Below, one piece after another: positions 12,601 through 22,756 of a DNA stretch of 64,000 nucleotides. The notes beneath the pieces were generated by a model, which did not search any database, was not told the DNA's origin, and saw nothing but the letters and a program-made list of their open reading frames with translations. The DNA is taken from contig BK006941.2 of NCBI GenBank assembly GCA_000146045.2, forward strand, positions 416,001 through 480,000, in the 5' to 3' direction. The translations under genes were made by a program, and so were the position numbers. Within the stretch, counting starts at the first letter, position 1. Each line of letters starts with the position of its first letter. This DNA is from TPA_inf: Saccharomyces (Eukaryota).

Positions 12601-15330
12601 ATGCAGAAGTGTGCTGGCCATGCACCACTGGTGACTGCAGCCTCGCGGGTCTCCCAAGACACCGTAGACGCTCTTTTGCAAGCTATTTTAAAGGCCTACC
12701 ATAAATTAGCTTCGATCGACAGTCACATTAATGATCCTGTTGAAATAGCCTTCAAGCTCATAAACTCTTTTAAGTATCTGCCAATTTCAGGCTCTTCTGT
12801 AAAAGATTTTGAGTCGGAACTGCGGGAGTTAGACGTTTTTTCTCCCCTTTTGCAGTCAGCCGTTACTGCTGCTAATAATAGCAATATCATATGGGACCTT
12901 ATAGCGGTGTTATTTGCATACATTTCCATCCATAAACAGCTCCATCCTTTGATCCTGCACAATCTGAACATATGGAAGGATTTTATGGCAGATAATGACG
13001 AAGAAACGGCGACAACCACGGACGGGGACTCAATGAATTTCGGCGTACTGTCGCTTCTTTCCATTGTTCAAAATTTTGAAGAAATAACGCCAAATCTATT
13101 TGAGTTTCTAAAGCTCGGTTTGAGATCCACTTTACTCAAGATATGGGTAGCACAATGGCAAAGATACGATCCTTCGGCAACGAACTTAATCAACGGTGAT
13201 GAGAAAATTTCTAGCTGGATAACAAAGGATTACCAGGTGGATTTTTTTATCATCACTTCATTAGCATCAACGTCCTCATTAGAAGTTTTGCCATCTCATT
13301 ATTTTGTGTACAAGATCTCTAAAAGGATCTCTCACTTCCCAAATTTAATTGATCCTAAACTATATCGATCTGCAATTTCTACAATAATGGAAAATGGGAT
13401 TTCAGACAATGGTGGTGGTGAGAACTCCAGCGACAAAATTGATCCGACTGATTTGTCCTTTCACTTACAAGTTTTAATGGAAGTTATTGACCATCCTGAG
13501 TTGAATTATTTGCAGGAAAATCGATTAATTTTGTTGCTCGACATTGCATTAAATTATTTAATCCTGGTTCCTACTCACTGTTTACATTCAAACTTTGGTG
13601 AATTGGGCTCTACTCAAAGTTTAGCATCCACTTTAAATATCATTCAGTTCCTTCTATCGAAATTCTTAATCAACATGGGCAGTATTTCGCAATTAATTAA
13701 TCAATACAACAGGAAATGCATCACTACTAATAACATCAATAATAACAACATTAACAACAATGGCGTTATTAATGGTAGTACTAACACCACTAGTACTACT
13801 ACTACTACCATCACTAATAACAATAATAATAGCAATAATAGCAGTATTAGTAATAATAACAGAAAAATAGACTGGACGCAATCATATCAAACGAGGTACC
13901 AAATTCCATACTGGTTTGAGGACTCAATTTTGCCACCAATTCCGCCTATTTCGAAATCGCTTTTCACTTTTGACAAGAACCTAGACCATGAGTCGGATTC
14001 AATTATGATTGTAAATGATGTATTACGCTGTTTGAATTTAACCATTCTTTTAATTTCTAAACTTCTAAGGGATTATGATGACCTGAAGATTAACCCACTA
14101 ATTCAATCATCAGATGATCACAGTAATGAAGACAATCATGTGATAATAGAACAATACATGCAGCTTTATCTCGTTCCATTATTTACTTCATTATTATTGG
14201 CCCAACAATTAAAAGACCGAGGCCAAGAACGAGATGAAGGACATAAAGAGAAAGAGGAAAATATAAATCTCATCGGGTCTTCCTCAGTCAAGAAATTATT
14301 TTCTCAACTAATTTTTTTTAGCTCTTTGAAATTGTGTGAAAATTTGGTCATAAAGGAAAAAAATTTAGCACTATATCATTTGATCAAATTCGCGACAAAG
14401 GTTTCTCTGGATGATTTGATTTTACAAAAAATATCCATAAACTTATTGAATCATTTGTTCTTCCATCAAATTAGGGATGGAAGTGATGATGATAATTTAA
14501 TTAAAAAGTTATGTTTAAAAAATCAACTTTCTTTCCAAGCTTTGAAAGATTACATCACATTGTGGAATGACGGTTCTGAAGTTTATAATGCATTTTATAA
14601 GGAGCTTTTCTATGAAGAGCAACCAAAGATTAAGCCAATAAAACTAACAACATCTGACTTGCTGAAATTATTCCCTGAGGATGTTCAATTTGTGATATCC
14701 ACTCCACCAAATACAATAACTTCAGCATCAACAAGCGATAATTGTACATCATCACAATCAGCTGCGCAGAAAAATATTGAAAACTTTACTACGTTATCGA
14801 AGTACGATGTCTACTCGTCCACATCTTTCATACCGTCCACGTCGAAAAACACTAACACTAACGTTAGTAAGCAGCAGCAGCAGCCTCAAAACTCTACTCC
14901 ATGTTCTTCCAACAGGTTTTTGTTCAACAAAAGCAGCCTAATTTCTCAGGAAAGTAATGGTAGCAACAATAACAGCGGCACACAAGGACCTGGTTCCATG
15001 AATGAGAGTTATTCTCTTGACAATTCATTCAACACAACCAATACCAATATGACGAGACAACCAACCACCTTAACTAGAGCAACCGATGCTATGACTACGG
15101 CACCTACGACACCAATTCCATACAAGAACACTAGTGGAAGCAGCAATAACAATCTATGGATTGAATCGCCCATGACAAATTTCAAGGGTTCCACCATCAG
15201 TAAAAGTACTAATAAGAGCAAAATGGTTAATACTGGTAAAAATTATATTTTAGGGGGCCACAATAAAGTTAAAAACAACAGTAGAGCTCAATCAATACAT
15301 ATAGATGACTTTGAAAATGAGAACAATTAA
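12601..15330 (+). CDS. large uncharacterized protein with a poly-Asn/Thr low-complexity region (systematic YGL036W)
   Basis: 909-aa ORF. N/T-rich tract around 13729-13862. No enzyme motif recognised. Confidence 0.85.
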   Translation: MQKCAGHAPLVTAASRVSQDTVDALLQAILKAYHKLASIDSHINDPVEIAFKLINSFKYLPISGSSVKDFESELRELDVFSPLLQSAVTAANNSNIIWDLIAVLFAYISIHKQLHPLILHNLNIWKDFMADNDEETATTTDGDSMNFGVLSLLSIVQNFEEITPNLFEFLKLGLRSTLLKIWVAQWQRYDPSATNLINGDEKISSWITKDYQVDFFIITSLASTSSLEVLPSHYFVYKISKRISHFPNLIDPKLYRSAISTIMENGISDNGGGENSSDKIDPTDLSFHLQVLMEVIDHPELNYLQENRLILLLDIALNYLILVPTHCLHSNFGELGSTQSLASTLNIIQFLLSKFLINMGSISQLINQYNRKCITTNNINNNNINNNGVINGSTNTTSTTTTTITNNNNNSNNSSISNNNRKIDWTQSYQTRYQIPYWFEDSILPPIPPISKSLFTFDKNLDHESDSIMIVNDVLRCLNLTILLISKLLRDYDDLKINPLIQSSDDHSNEDNHVIIEQYMQLYLVPLFTSLLLAQQLKDRGQERDEGHKEKEENINLIGSSSVKKLFSQLIFFSSLKLCENLVIKEKNLALYHLIKFATKVSLDDLILQKISINLLNHLFFHQIRDGSDDDNLIKKLCLKNQLSFQALKDYITLWNDGSEVYNAFYKELFYEEQPKIKPIKLTTSDLLKLFPEDVQFVISTPPNTITSASTSDNCTSSQSAAQKNIENFTTLSKYDVYSSTSFIPSTSKNTNTNVSKQQQQPQNSTPCSSNRFLFNKSSLISQESNGSNNNSGTQGPGSMNESYSLDNSFNTTNTNMTRQPTTLTRATDAMTTAPTTPIPYKNTSGSSNNNLWIESPMTNFKGSTISKSTNKSKMVNTGKNYILGGHNKVKNNSRAQSIHIDDFENENN

Positions 15331-15404
15331 TTATCTCTGCGGAAGACTAAGACAATCAAAATATGTATTCTTACTATCATAATTAAATATTTTTATCGTT
15401 ATTA

Positions 15405-15421
15405 ATTATTATTATTATTAC

Positions 15422-15458
<37 letters not shown>

Positions 15459-15480
15459 TATTATTTATTAATTATTAATT
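15405..15480. repeat. (ATT)n microsatellite with interruptions
   Basis: About 25 ATT/TTA units lie between the convergent 3' ends of the YGL036W ORF and MIG1. Confidence 0.9.
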
Positions 15481-15547
15481 GTTAATATTATTAATTCTTG
15501 TCTATTGTCTTTTGATTTATCTGCACCGCCAAAAACTTGTCAGCGTA

Positions 15548-17062
15548 TCAGTCCATGTGTGGGAAGGGCAACGGTAAACTTCTTATGGGTGGTAATGTTT
15601 CCAGTTCTTGAACTTGTGAATCCGACTGAGAAATGGGGGTTTGTTGGGTGGATATAGCAGTATTAATCATATTCACCCTTGGTGACAATAATAACGGGGT
15701 TGTACTTAACGAACTACTGGAAGCCATCATTTGATTTTGATTTTGATTTTGACTTTGGTTTGACGTATTTTGTGATTGCAGTAGGGTATGTTGCTCTTGC
15801 TGCTGTTGTTGAACGTTCAGTAATCTGTTGTTCAACTCCTTTTGGAAATCAGGAGATGATGAGGAGAAATGCAAGTGATTTTGGTTCATTACATACCCCA
15901 AAGTGTGCAAATTCGTACCACTAGTGGATCTACTTAGCATTGTCGTGGGCGTGGAAGTCTTAGATTTCTTTCTTGATTGCTCTTGCAAATAGTCTTGCTC
16001 AAGGTTATCGATACTAGAGTTAGACGGGTCCTTTAGTCCGTCTTCTTCATCCTCACCACCAGTAGTAAAATCAGAGTCAGATTCGTTGGTATTTCTTTGG
16101 CCAACCAACAAGTCGTTCAAACTTAAAACTGAACTTGGTCTCTTCAACTGTACGGAACTCTGAGTTTGTGCTCTGAGACTTCCATTGTTGTTTGGATTTG
16201 CATTGTTCAATCCTTGAAAATCCGTTAAAGATCGCGGCCTTGGTAATATAACAGTGTTGGAATAACGTGGTGAAAGAGAATTTTGTTGTTGTTGTAGTTG
16301 TTTCTGTTCAGGACCGTCTATGAAAACAGTCCTTGGCGCACTGCTAGCAATGGGCGTCATCATTTGTAGGGACGATAACGCGTTCAGTTTCAGTCTACTG
16401 CCACTATGGCTATTGCTCAACGAAGACAAAGCAGTGGAAGCGGATGAAGTTTGGTAGTTCATATTATTCAGTGCTAAAGAAGGTGGAGGCTTCACCGAGA
16501 CGGGAATCTTAGCCATCGTTTTGGGAGAAGAAACCATATATGGGTCATTCCCACCACTTTCGCCGATTTCGAATTTGGTTTTTCTACCTTTTCTTGTAGA
16601 AGATCGACTTGAATTTTCTTTCGGAGCAATAGCAATAGGAATTAAAGGCGATAGGTGTTGCTGTGGTAATGGCGGTGAAAAATTTGCCGTATTTAAATCT
16701 GGTATACTGGTAGCACTAGAACTAGCACTATTTATTGGAGAGCCCACAACCTTCTTCTTTCTGCCTCTTTTACCTCGAGGGTGGGAGTTTGTATGAATTC
16801 TTCTGTGTCTCGTCAGTTCATCGCTTCTACTGAACCTTTTCACACATCCGGGGAAGTCACACGCGTGAGGCTTCTCACCTGTATGAATTCTCATGTGTCT
16901 CGTCTGATGTTCCAGTCTGTGAAAAGCTCTATGACAGATAGGACAAGCATGTGGTCTTGGCGCCTCTGACTTCGCAGCTACTTTGGACTTGCTTTTACTC
17001 TCCTTCAATAGTGACCCATCATCAACGTTAGACACTTGTGTCATTGGATATGGGCTTTGCAT
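15548..17062 (-). CDS. MIG1: C2H2 zinc-finger glucose repressor
   Basis: 504-aa ORF. Two N-terminal C2H2 fingers [56 protein letters not shown] at 17060-17062. Confidence 0.95.
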   Translation of the reverse strand: MQSPYPMTQVSNVDDGSLLKESKSKSKVAAKSEAPRPHACPICHRAFHRLEHQTRHMRIHTGEKPHACDFPGCVKRFSRSDELTRHRRIHTNSHPRGKRGRKKKVVGSPINSASSSATSIPDLNTANFSPPLPQQHLSPLIPIAIAPKENSSRSSTRKGRKTKFEIGESGGNDPYMVSSPKTMAKIPVSVKPPPSLALNNMNYQTSSASTALSSLSNSHSGSRLKLNALSSLQMMTPIASSAPRTVFIDGPEQKQLQQQQNSLSPRYSNTVILPRPRSLTDFQGLNNANPNNNGSLRAQTQSSVQLKRPSSVLSLNDLLVGQRNTNESDSDFTTGGEDEEDGLKDPSNSSIDNLEQDYLQEQSRKKSKTSTPTTMLSRSTSGTNLHTLGYVMNQNHLHFSSSSPDFQKELNNRLLNVQQQQQEQHTLLQSQNTSNQSQNQNQNQMMASSSSLSTTPLLLSPRVNMINTAISTQQTPISQSDSQVQELETLPPIRSLPLPFPHMD

Positions 17063-19493
17063 GGCTATGGTAGTATGTCGTCTCCACTATACTCAACTCT
17101 CGTGTAGTTACAAGCGAGCTAGAATAAATGGCTCTCTTATCTTCGAAATGCTTTACCGGGCTTTCTTACTCTCCTTTGTCTTCGTTAATGAGTACTGGGG
17201 TGAAAAAAAAGGGTTATAATAAATAAATTATCCAAGAACGACTATTCTCTTTTCTTTTTTCTGCTTGCTCTTCCCCACTTTTCTCGTCCAGCCTGTTGTA
17301 AAAATTTGTTGTTGCTTCTTTCGTATTAGTTTTTCCGAAAGAAAGCGCCGCAGGGCCTTTACCATCACTCCAGGTTTTCCCGGAGTGGGGTGGCAGTCCG
17401 CAGTCTCTCGCGAAATCAAAGGCAACAAGCAGACACGTGGAGAAAAGCCAGGAGAACTCAAGAGCTCGAACAAGTATGCTAGCAACTAAACAAGCCGGCC
17501 TACGCCACTCTGGAGTTTCTCGCGGGGCCCGGCCGCTACAGGTTTCCTGAGAAGCCATTATAATGGCAACTACATTCATCAACACTCCATAAAATCCTAT
17601 CGAGTTACACTGCTAGTGTCGCAATTGCGCTTTTCTGCTGCTTAATTGTGGGCCCCAAGCTCTTATCACTTGCTACCATCCTATAAACTGTATGGAATGC
17701 CATCACAACTTTCGGAAAAATAAAGCGCTTTTTTACGCTATCAGTGGAGATATTACGAATTAGGCACAGGGAAGAAATAGATAAAAAATTCATGGGGCCA
17801 ACCCCAGACGTCAATCTTCTACACGTCAAGTTTTGAAAAAAATTAAATAAAAAATAAAAAAAAAAACCGGCGCGAAGGAAACGTGCTGGCTCGCTAACTT
17901 CTAGTCTTACTGTACTGACTACCTTCCAGTCCTACTGGTTATACTGCATTGTACGGCAACTTACACACCCCACGCACTTACTTTCCTCCACAATGCCATC
18001 TAGAAAAATCGATTACCCGCTAATTTTCCGGGAAAAAGTCGATTAATGTAGGTTAGTGGCAGCTATGCTAAGCAATGATAAAGGAACCATACACGATATT
18101 TCTACAGAAGGCTATTAAATAGGGTGAAATAGGATGAAGCAACAATCAAAAATTATGAAAGCATCCGTTTTCTCGCTATTCTAATAATGGGACAGAACTG
18201 CCAATTCTTGATCTGGTGATCCATACGATTAAAATAGGGGTTCATCGCATGGAAAGTCTGTAAATCACACTTGCCTACCATAAGGAAGTCATCAATTCCC
18301 GAATTTTAAACGGGTTTCTATGAGTATTTGGAGGATGTTCATTCTTGGTAACATTACTGATGACATTCAGTGATACACTGCCTTCAAGGAAACACACGCG
18401 ATAGAGGCAAAACAATGTTGCAACGGCAATTAATTTCTGTCATTGTAATGAATTTCTGCTCGTTGCTTCTAACCATATCTTGTGTAACGCTTGCGTTGAT
18501 ATGCAAAAATAACGAGATGGAATTTGCTGCCCTCTTTCAGCCATATGATGGCGGCAAAAACTTTGAAATTTGTGCACAGGATATAATAAGCTACTTCTTG
18601 ACTCTAACGCCGTACTACAGTTTACAAAAAATGTATACAAACTCTTAGGATTGGTCAAGAAAAGTAAATGTTGTACTGCTCCAAAGATATTGCGATGCCG
18701 TGATAATTCAAAAGGGTCGACCCAGTCTATTTCACTCGCGCGATAATCGTTCGTTATCCGAAGCTGGCCAATTGATACAATTAATTGACATCAGCAGACA
18801 GCAAATGCACTTGATATACGCAGCTTAAAGCAAGGGTAAATTATCTGAAAAAGGATTGAATACAATCAAAACCTTCACATACATTGGTAGTAATATCGAG
18901 CATCGCTATTAGCAGAGTATCTCGAAGTCTACCACGGCGAAAGTTGATTTTTTATCTGAGGTGCTGATCTTCGGACGCAATGCGCAAACGTAATTCCGTA
19001 GTTTTCCCAATTATTTTATTTTTTAAATTACACGTACCAGGTAGATCACATACATATACCCAACACCTGTTATATAGTGAATTGAATTATTCGGAACATC
19101 AATAATCCTTTGCTTATAATTCTTGTTATCATCCATCTTGCATCTTTATTTAATTATATTTTGCACAATAAGCTATCTATGTGAGCTGCGTACGGTGACT
19201 CCAAACAATCTGTTAATTTCCATATAAATAACTTGTAGTCGGATCGTACAATGGCTCTATATAGGTTTGGACCGGTATGTAACCTAATATGGCTGACTCA
19301 AAACCTGCTAGATAGTTATCCAAGTGAATTTGAGTCTCGTATCCTTTATCACATTTTTACAATAGTGGCTAGCTATCTTTTTCATGTTAGGCTCACCCGG
19401 TATTCTCATGCAAGATCAAACAAAAAATGGTAAAGTTTTGGACTTTACATTGCTTACAGTTGCTTTTTTATGAAGATTCAAAAGATTATGTCC

Positions 19494-19503
19494 TCGGCGG
19501 CTA
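19494..19503 (+). promoter_or_regulatory. URS1 (Ume6-binding) early-meiotic element upstream of HOP2
   Basis: Exact TCGGCGGCTA, about 125 bp upstream of the HOP2 ATG. Confidence 0.75.
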
Positions 19504-19624
19504 AATTTTCCATTAATAATATTATCCTTTTACGCGACCGAAAAAGAGAAGCGTTTTAAGAGTTGTTTCTAACAAATATTAATAATAAAGCTAACGTGAA
19601 CTGACCAGGCTCTATTTGAAAGAT

Positions 19625-19679
19625 ATGGCACCGAAAAAGAAATCAAACGATAGAGCCATTCAGGCAAAAGGCTCAGAAG
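19625..19679 (+). CDS. HOP2: HOP2 exon 1 (meiotic homologous-pairing protein)
   Basis: ATG at 19625 (MAPKKKSNDRAIQAKGSE), ending in a split codon. Followed by a GTTAAGT 5' splice site at 19680. Confidence 0.85.
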
Positions 19680-19749
19680 GTTAAGTATTTTTTTACATGC
19701 TCATCAAATACCGCCATTACTAACAATTGTACCCCGGGTATTTTATCAG

Positions 19750-20312
19750 CTGAACAATTAATAGAAGATTACTTGGTGTCACAATATAAACCATTTTCTG
19801 TAAATGATATAGTTCAGAATTTGCACAATAAAGTGACAAAAACAACAGCAACCAAAGCATTAGAAAATCTCGTTAACGAGAAACGCATAGTGTCTAAAAC
19901 CTTCGGAAAGATTATAATTTACTCTTGTAATGAACAAGATACAGCATTACCAAGCAATATTGATCCTTCTCAGTTTGATTTTGAAACTGTATTGCAACTG
20001 AGAAATGATTTAATAGAACTAGAGAGAGATAAATCAACGGCCAAAGACGCTCTTGACTCTGTAACTAAAGAACCTGAAAATGAAGATCTCCTAACAATCA
20101 TTGAAAACGAAGAAAACGAGTTGAAAAAGATTGAATCAAAATTACAAAGTCTACAGGATGATTGGGATCCAGCAAATGATGAGATTGTCAAGCGGATAAT
20201 GTCTGAAGATACGCTGCTACAAAAAGAAATCACGAAGAGATCAAAGATTTGCAAAAACCTAATTGCTACAATAAAGGACTCAGTGTGCCCGAAAAATATG
20301 AATGAATTTTTG
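19750..20312 (+). CDS. HOP2: HOP2 exon 2
   Basis: Intron 1 is 19680-19749, with TACTAAC at 19718-19724 and CAG at 19747-19749. The frame is continuous: A then EQLIEDYLVSQYKPF... through ...KNMNEFL. Confidence 0.85.
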
Positions 20313-20374
20313 GTATGTATTTTGAACATTTTTCGAGACCTTTTCTTTTGAATATACTAACGAAATCTTTACAG

Positions 20375-20401
20375 GAAGAAATTGGATTTGAGGACATTTG
20401 A
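20375..20401 (+). CDS. HOP2: HOP2 exon 3 (micro-exon, EEIGFEDI + stop)
   Basis: Intron 2 is 20313-20374 (GTATGT 5'ss, TACTAAC at 20355-20361, CAG at 20372-20374). Exon 3 encodes 8 aa and stops at 20399-20401. Confidence 0.8.
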   Translation, partial: EEIGFEDI

Positions 20402-20569
20402 TGTGAAAAGCAATTGGTTGTTCCGTACCGGAACACTTGCTATTTTACTTATCATGATTGTTTTTTTTTCTTATTCTTTGCTATTATTATCAAATTATAT
20501 ATAGGTAAATAATCTTACACTAGTTTATAAGTGTCACGAACGATGAAATGGAAACTTGGGGGGGAAGGC

Positions 20570-20833
20570 TCAAAAAACATACTGTGTGTTTATGGGGCTG
20601 CCTTTGCTAGTTGTTGAGGGGTGAGAACCGCAATTACTGACAAACGTTACTGATTTGTAATATTCAAAAACTCCTTGCATTGCCTTCCCGTTGGCCAAAA
20701 TAGTAGTCGTTGACAAAGAGTACGGCGTCGATTCTAAAGTTGGTGAGGGGATTTGCTCGCATATAGTTGTCAGTTCCTGTGCTAAAACTGAAGCAATAAC
20801 AGAAAATATTGAAAAACAGCGAAGTAACTGCAT
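20570..20833 (-). CDS. AGA2: a-agglutinin adhesion subunit
   Basis: 87 aa from ATG at 20831-20833 (MQLLRCFSIFSVIASVLA...), with a signal peptide. The track ORF has an upstream non-native extension. Confidence 0.9.
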   Translation of the reverse strand: MQLLRCFSIFSVIASVLAQELTTICEQIPSPTLESTPYSLSTTTILANGKAMQGVFEYYKSVTFVSNCGSHPSTTSKGSPINTQYVF

Positions 20834-21103
20834 CTTAATTGAAAATGTATGAAGTAGGTATAATATTTTGGCACACAAGTGACTGTTGAGAGCTTACAAT
20901 CATTCTAGAATGAGGAATACGTCAAAATGGAAACTTAACATATCACCTCTTCTTACAACTATTTATATTGTATATTTACAAGGGAAATCAATTGCCTGAT
21001 ATTCAGTATATTGGATCTGAAGGTATGAAACAGTCCCTTAATTAAGCTTTAGATGCGGACAGAAGTTTTTTTGTTAAACTTGCATGTCAAATTTCAAACT
21101 GCG

Positions 21104-21131
21104 TGTAATTACCGTATTCGGAAATTACATG
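21104..21131. promoter_or_regulatory. a-specific-gene operator (Mcm1 P-box flanked by alpha2 half-sites) in the AGA2 promoter
   Basis: TGTAATTACCGTATTCGGAAATTACATG is a near-perfect asg operator, about 270 bp upstream of the AGA2 ATG. Confidence 0.75.
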
Positions 21132-21466
21132 GTTTCAGTAATTTTGCAATAAACGCAGCAACCGGTGATGGCGAAGTTTTACCATCAAACAATAACTTAT
21201 AATAACTGAATGCCGGCAGGTTGAAACAAATTCTTGAAAATTAGTCATTTATTCTATTGTGCGAATGTAATCCACTGAAATCATCTAAAGCACCATTACC
21301 ATTGTCTAGCCTGTGAATAAAAAAATATGGGAGTATAATGATAGAGAAGTGGATGGTAGATTATACCTCGCGAATGAATTATACAGAAAATAATACTAAA
21401 TTGAAATATTTAAAAATGATTTAAAAGAAAAATATTCATTGTACATAATAAGTTCGAGCATAAATC

Positions 21467-21934
21467 TTAACGAGAAGTAGCAGCAACCTTTTGGAAAGCA
21501 CCCTTAGCTTGTTGCTTGGAGAACTTAGAACTTTGAGTACCAGCAGACTTAGCCTTTTCAGCCTTTCTAGCAGCCTTTTCAGCCTTCTTCTTTTCTTTGT
21601 TGGCCTTCAATTTTTCTTCTCTGTTAGCCTTTCTAACTTCTGGCTTCAAAGATCTTCTTTCCTTGATCAAGTCCAAAGAAGCACCGGTAATTGGTCTTTG
21701 GGCCTTAACGGTTTTTCTAGATCTCTTCTTAGCAACTTCTTCGGTGATACCCTTCTTGTGATGCTTTCTGAATAAGACAGTCCAAGCGATTCTTCTTGGG
21801 TTCTTTCTTTGCTTGAACAAAGAGGCAGATTTGGAGTTTTGGAATCTGAAGATTTTGGAGTCACCACGGACAAACAAGGTACCTCTGCCTGGGTAGATTT
21901 TGGCACCTGAAAAAGAATCGATTTCAACCTTCAT
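21467..21934 (-). CDS. RPL24A: 60S ribosomal protein L24
   Basis: 155-aa ORF MKVEIDSFSGAKIYPGRG..., basic C-terminus. ATG at 21932-21934. Confidence 0.93.
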   Translation of the reverse strand: MKVEIDSFSGAKIYPGRGTLFVRGDSKIFRFQNSKSASLFKQRKNPRRIAWTVLFRKHHKKGITEEVAKKRSRKTVKAQRPITGASLDLIKERRSLKPEVRKANREEKLKANKEKKKAEKAARKAEKAKSAGTQSSKFSKQQAKGAFQKVAATSR

Positions 21935-22756
21935 TTTATCACTATATTAATCCACGTTTTTCAAACATATTTGAAAAAAAAAATGTTAGTAAGTCTATGC
22001 TTTTCATAGGTAGCCATCTTGTCAATATAAATAATGGTAATCCGCATGGTTGTTCAGGCGTTCGCAAAATTGTAGGAAGAGGAGAACGTGGAAATATGGA
22101 CTTTTTGCAAATTCAGAATTCATTTTACTAGGTTCTTGCAACATGGATAACATCTCACGCTGTTATTTTTCATGCTTCTCCATATCGTATATATGTAATG
22201 AAGCATTTTCATTGGGTTTCCTGCTCAAAGGTTGACATATATTATAAGTTATACTGGAACAAGCCACAATCCTGTCAAAGTCTAAATTCCGGTGTATTGG
22301 CTATCTGAAGCTCTCTCATATATTAATACATTGCTTTCTAGCACAACGCTGCCCTCGGTCGCCATTAATTATGAATCATCATCATATAGGGACATACCTC
22401 TCAAGTTATTGTCTTGGTGTCTTGCTTAACTTGGCAATAGCAACAGCGCAAACTGCGTAAACGTACTAAAATACACACCATCCGTTGAATATATCATGCA
22501 GTACATTGACAGTATATCACTTCTGGATAGGACGCCAACCGCCAGTCTGTGTGGTATTTCCTCCCGTCTCTGCGTGCCAGACGGGATCAGCCCGTCTATT
22601 CTCGTGTCGTCCTGCCTGGAGAGACTGAACCCCCATCTAGCACCGCAGTAAGGATCATTACTTTGTAGGCGGGAAATAAGAGGTTCAACAAGGACCAAAA
22701 AAAAAAACACTAAAATCTGAGATCAAAAATATGTGGTGCACAGATGTAACGTTCCA

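Noticed and set aside
17214-17585. 123-aa minus-strand ORF upstream of MIG1 (would correspond to a dubious ORF)
   Set aside because: Low-complexity sequence in the MIG1 promoter/leader with no conserved motif. Not called as a gene.
22426-22710. 94-aa minus-strand ORF between RPL24A and RPL30
   Set aside because: It runs through the GC-rich dyad island and the candidate RPL24A 5' splice site. It has no protein-like features and more plausibly belongs to promoter or leader sequence.
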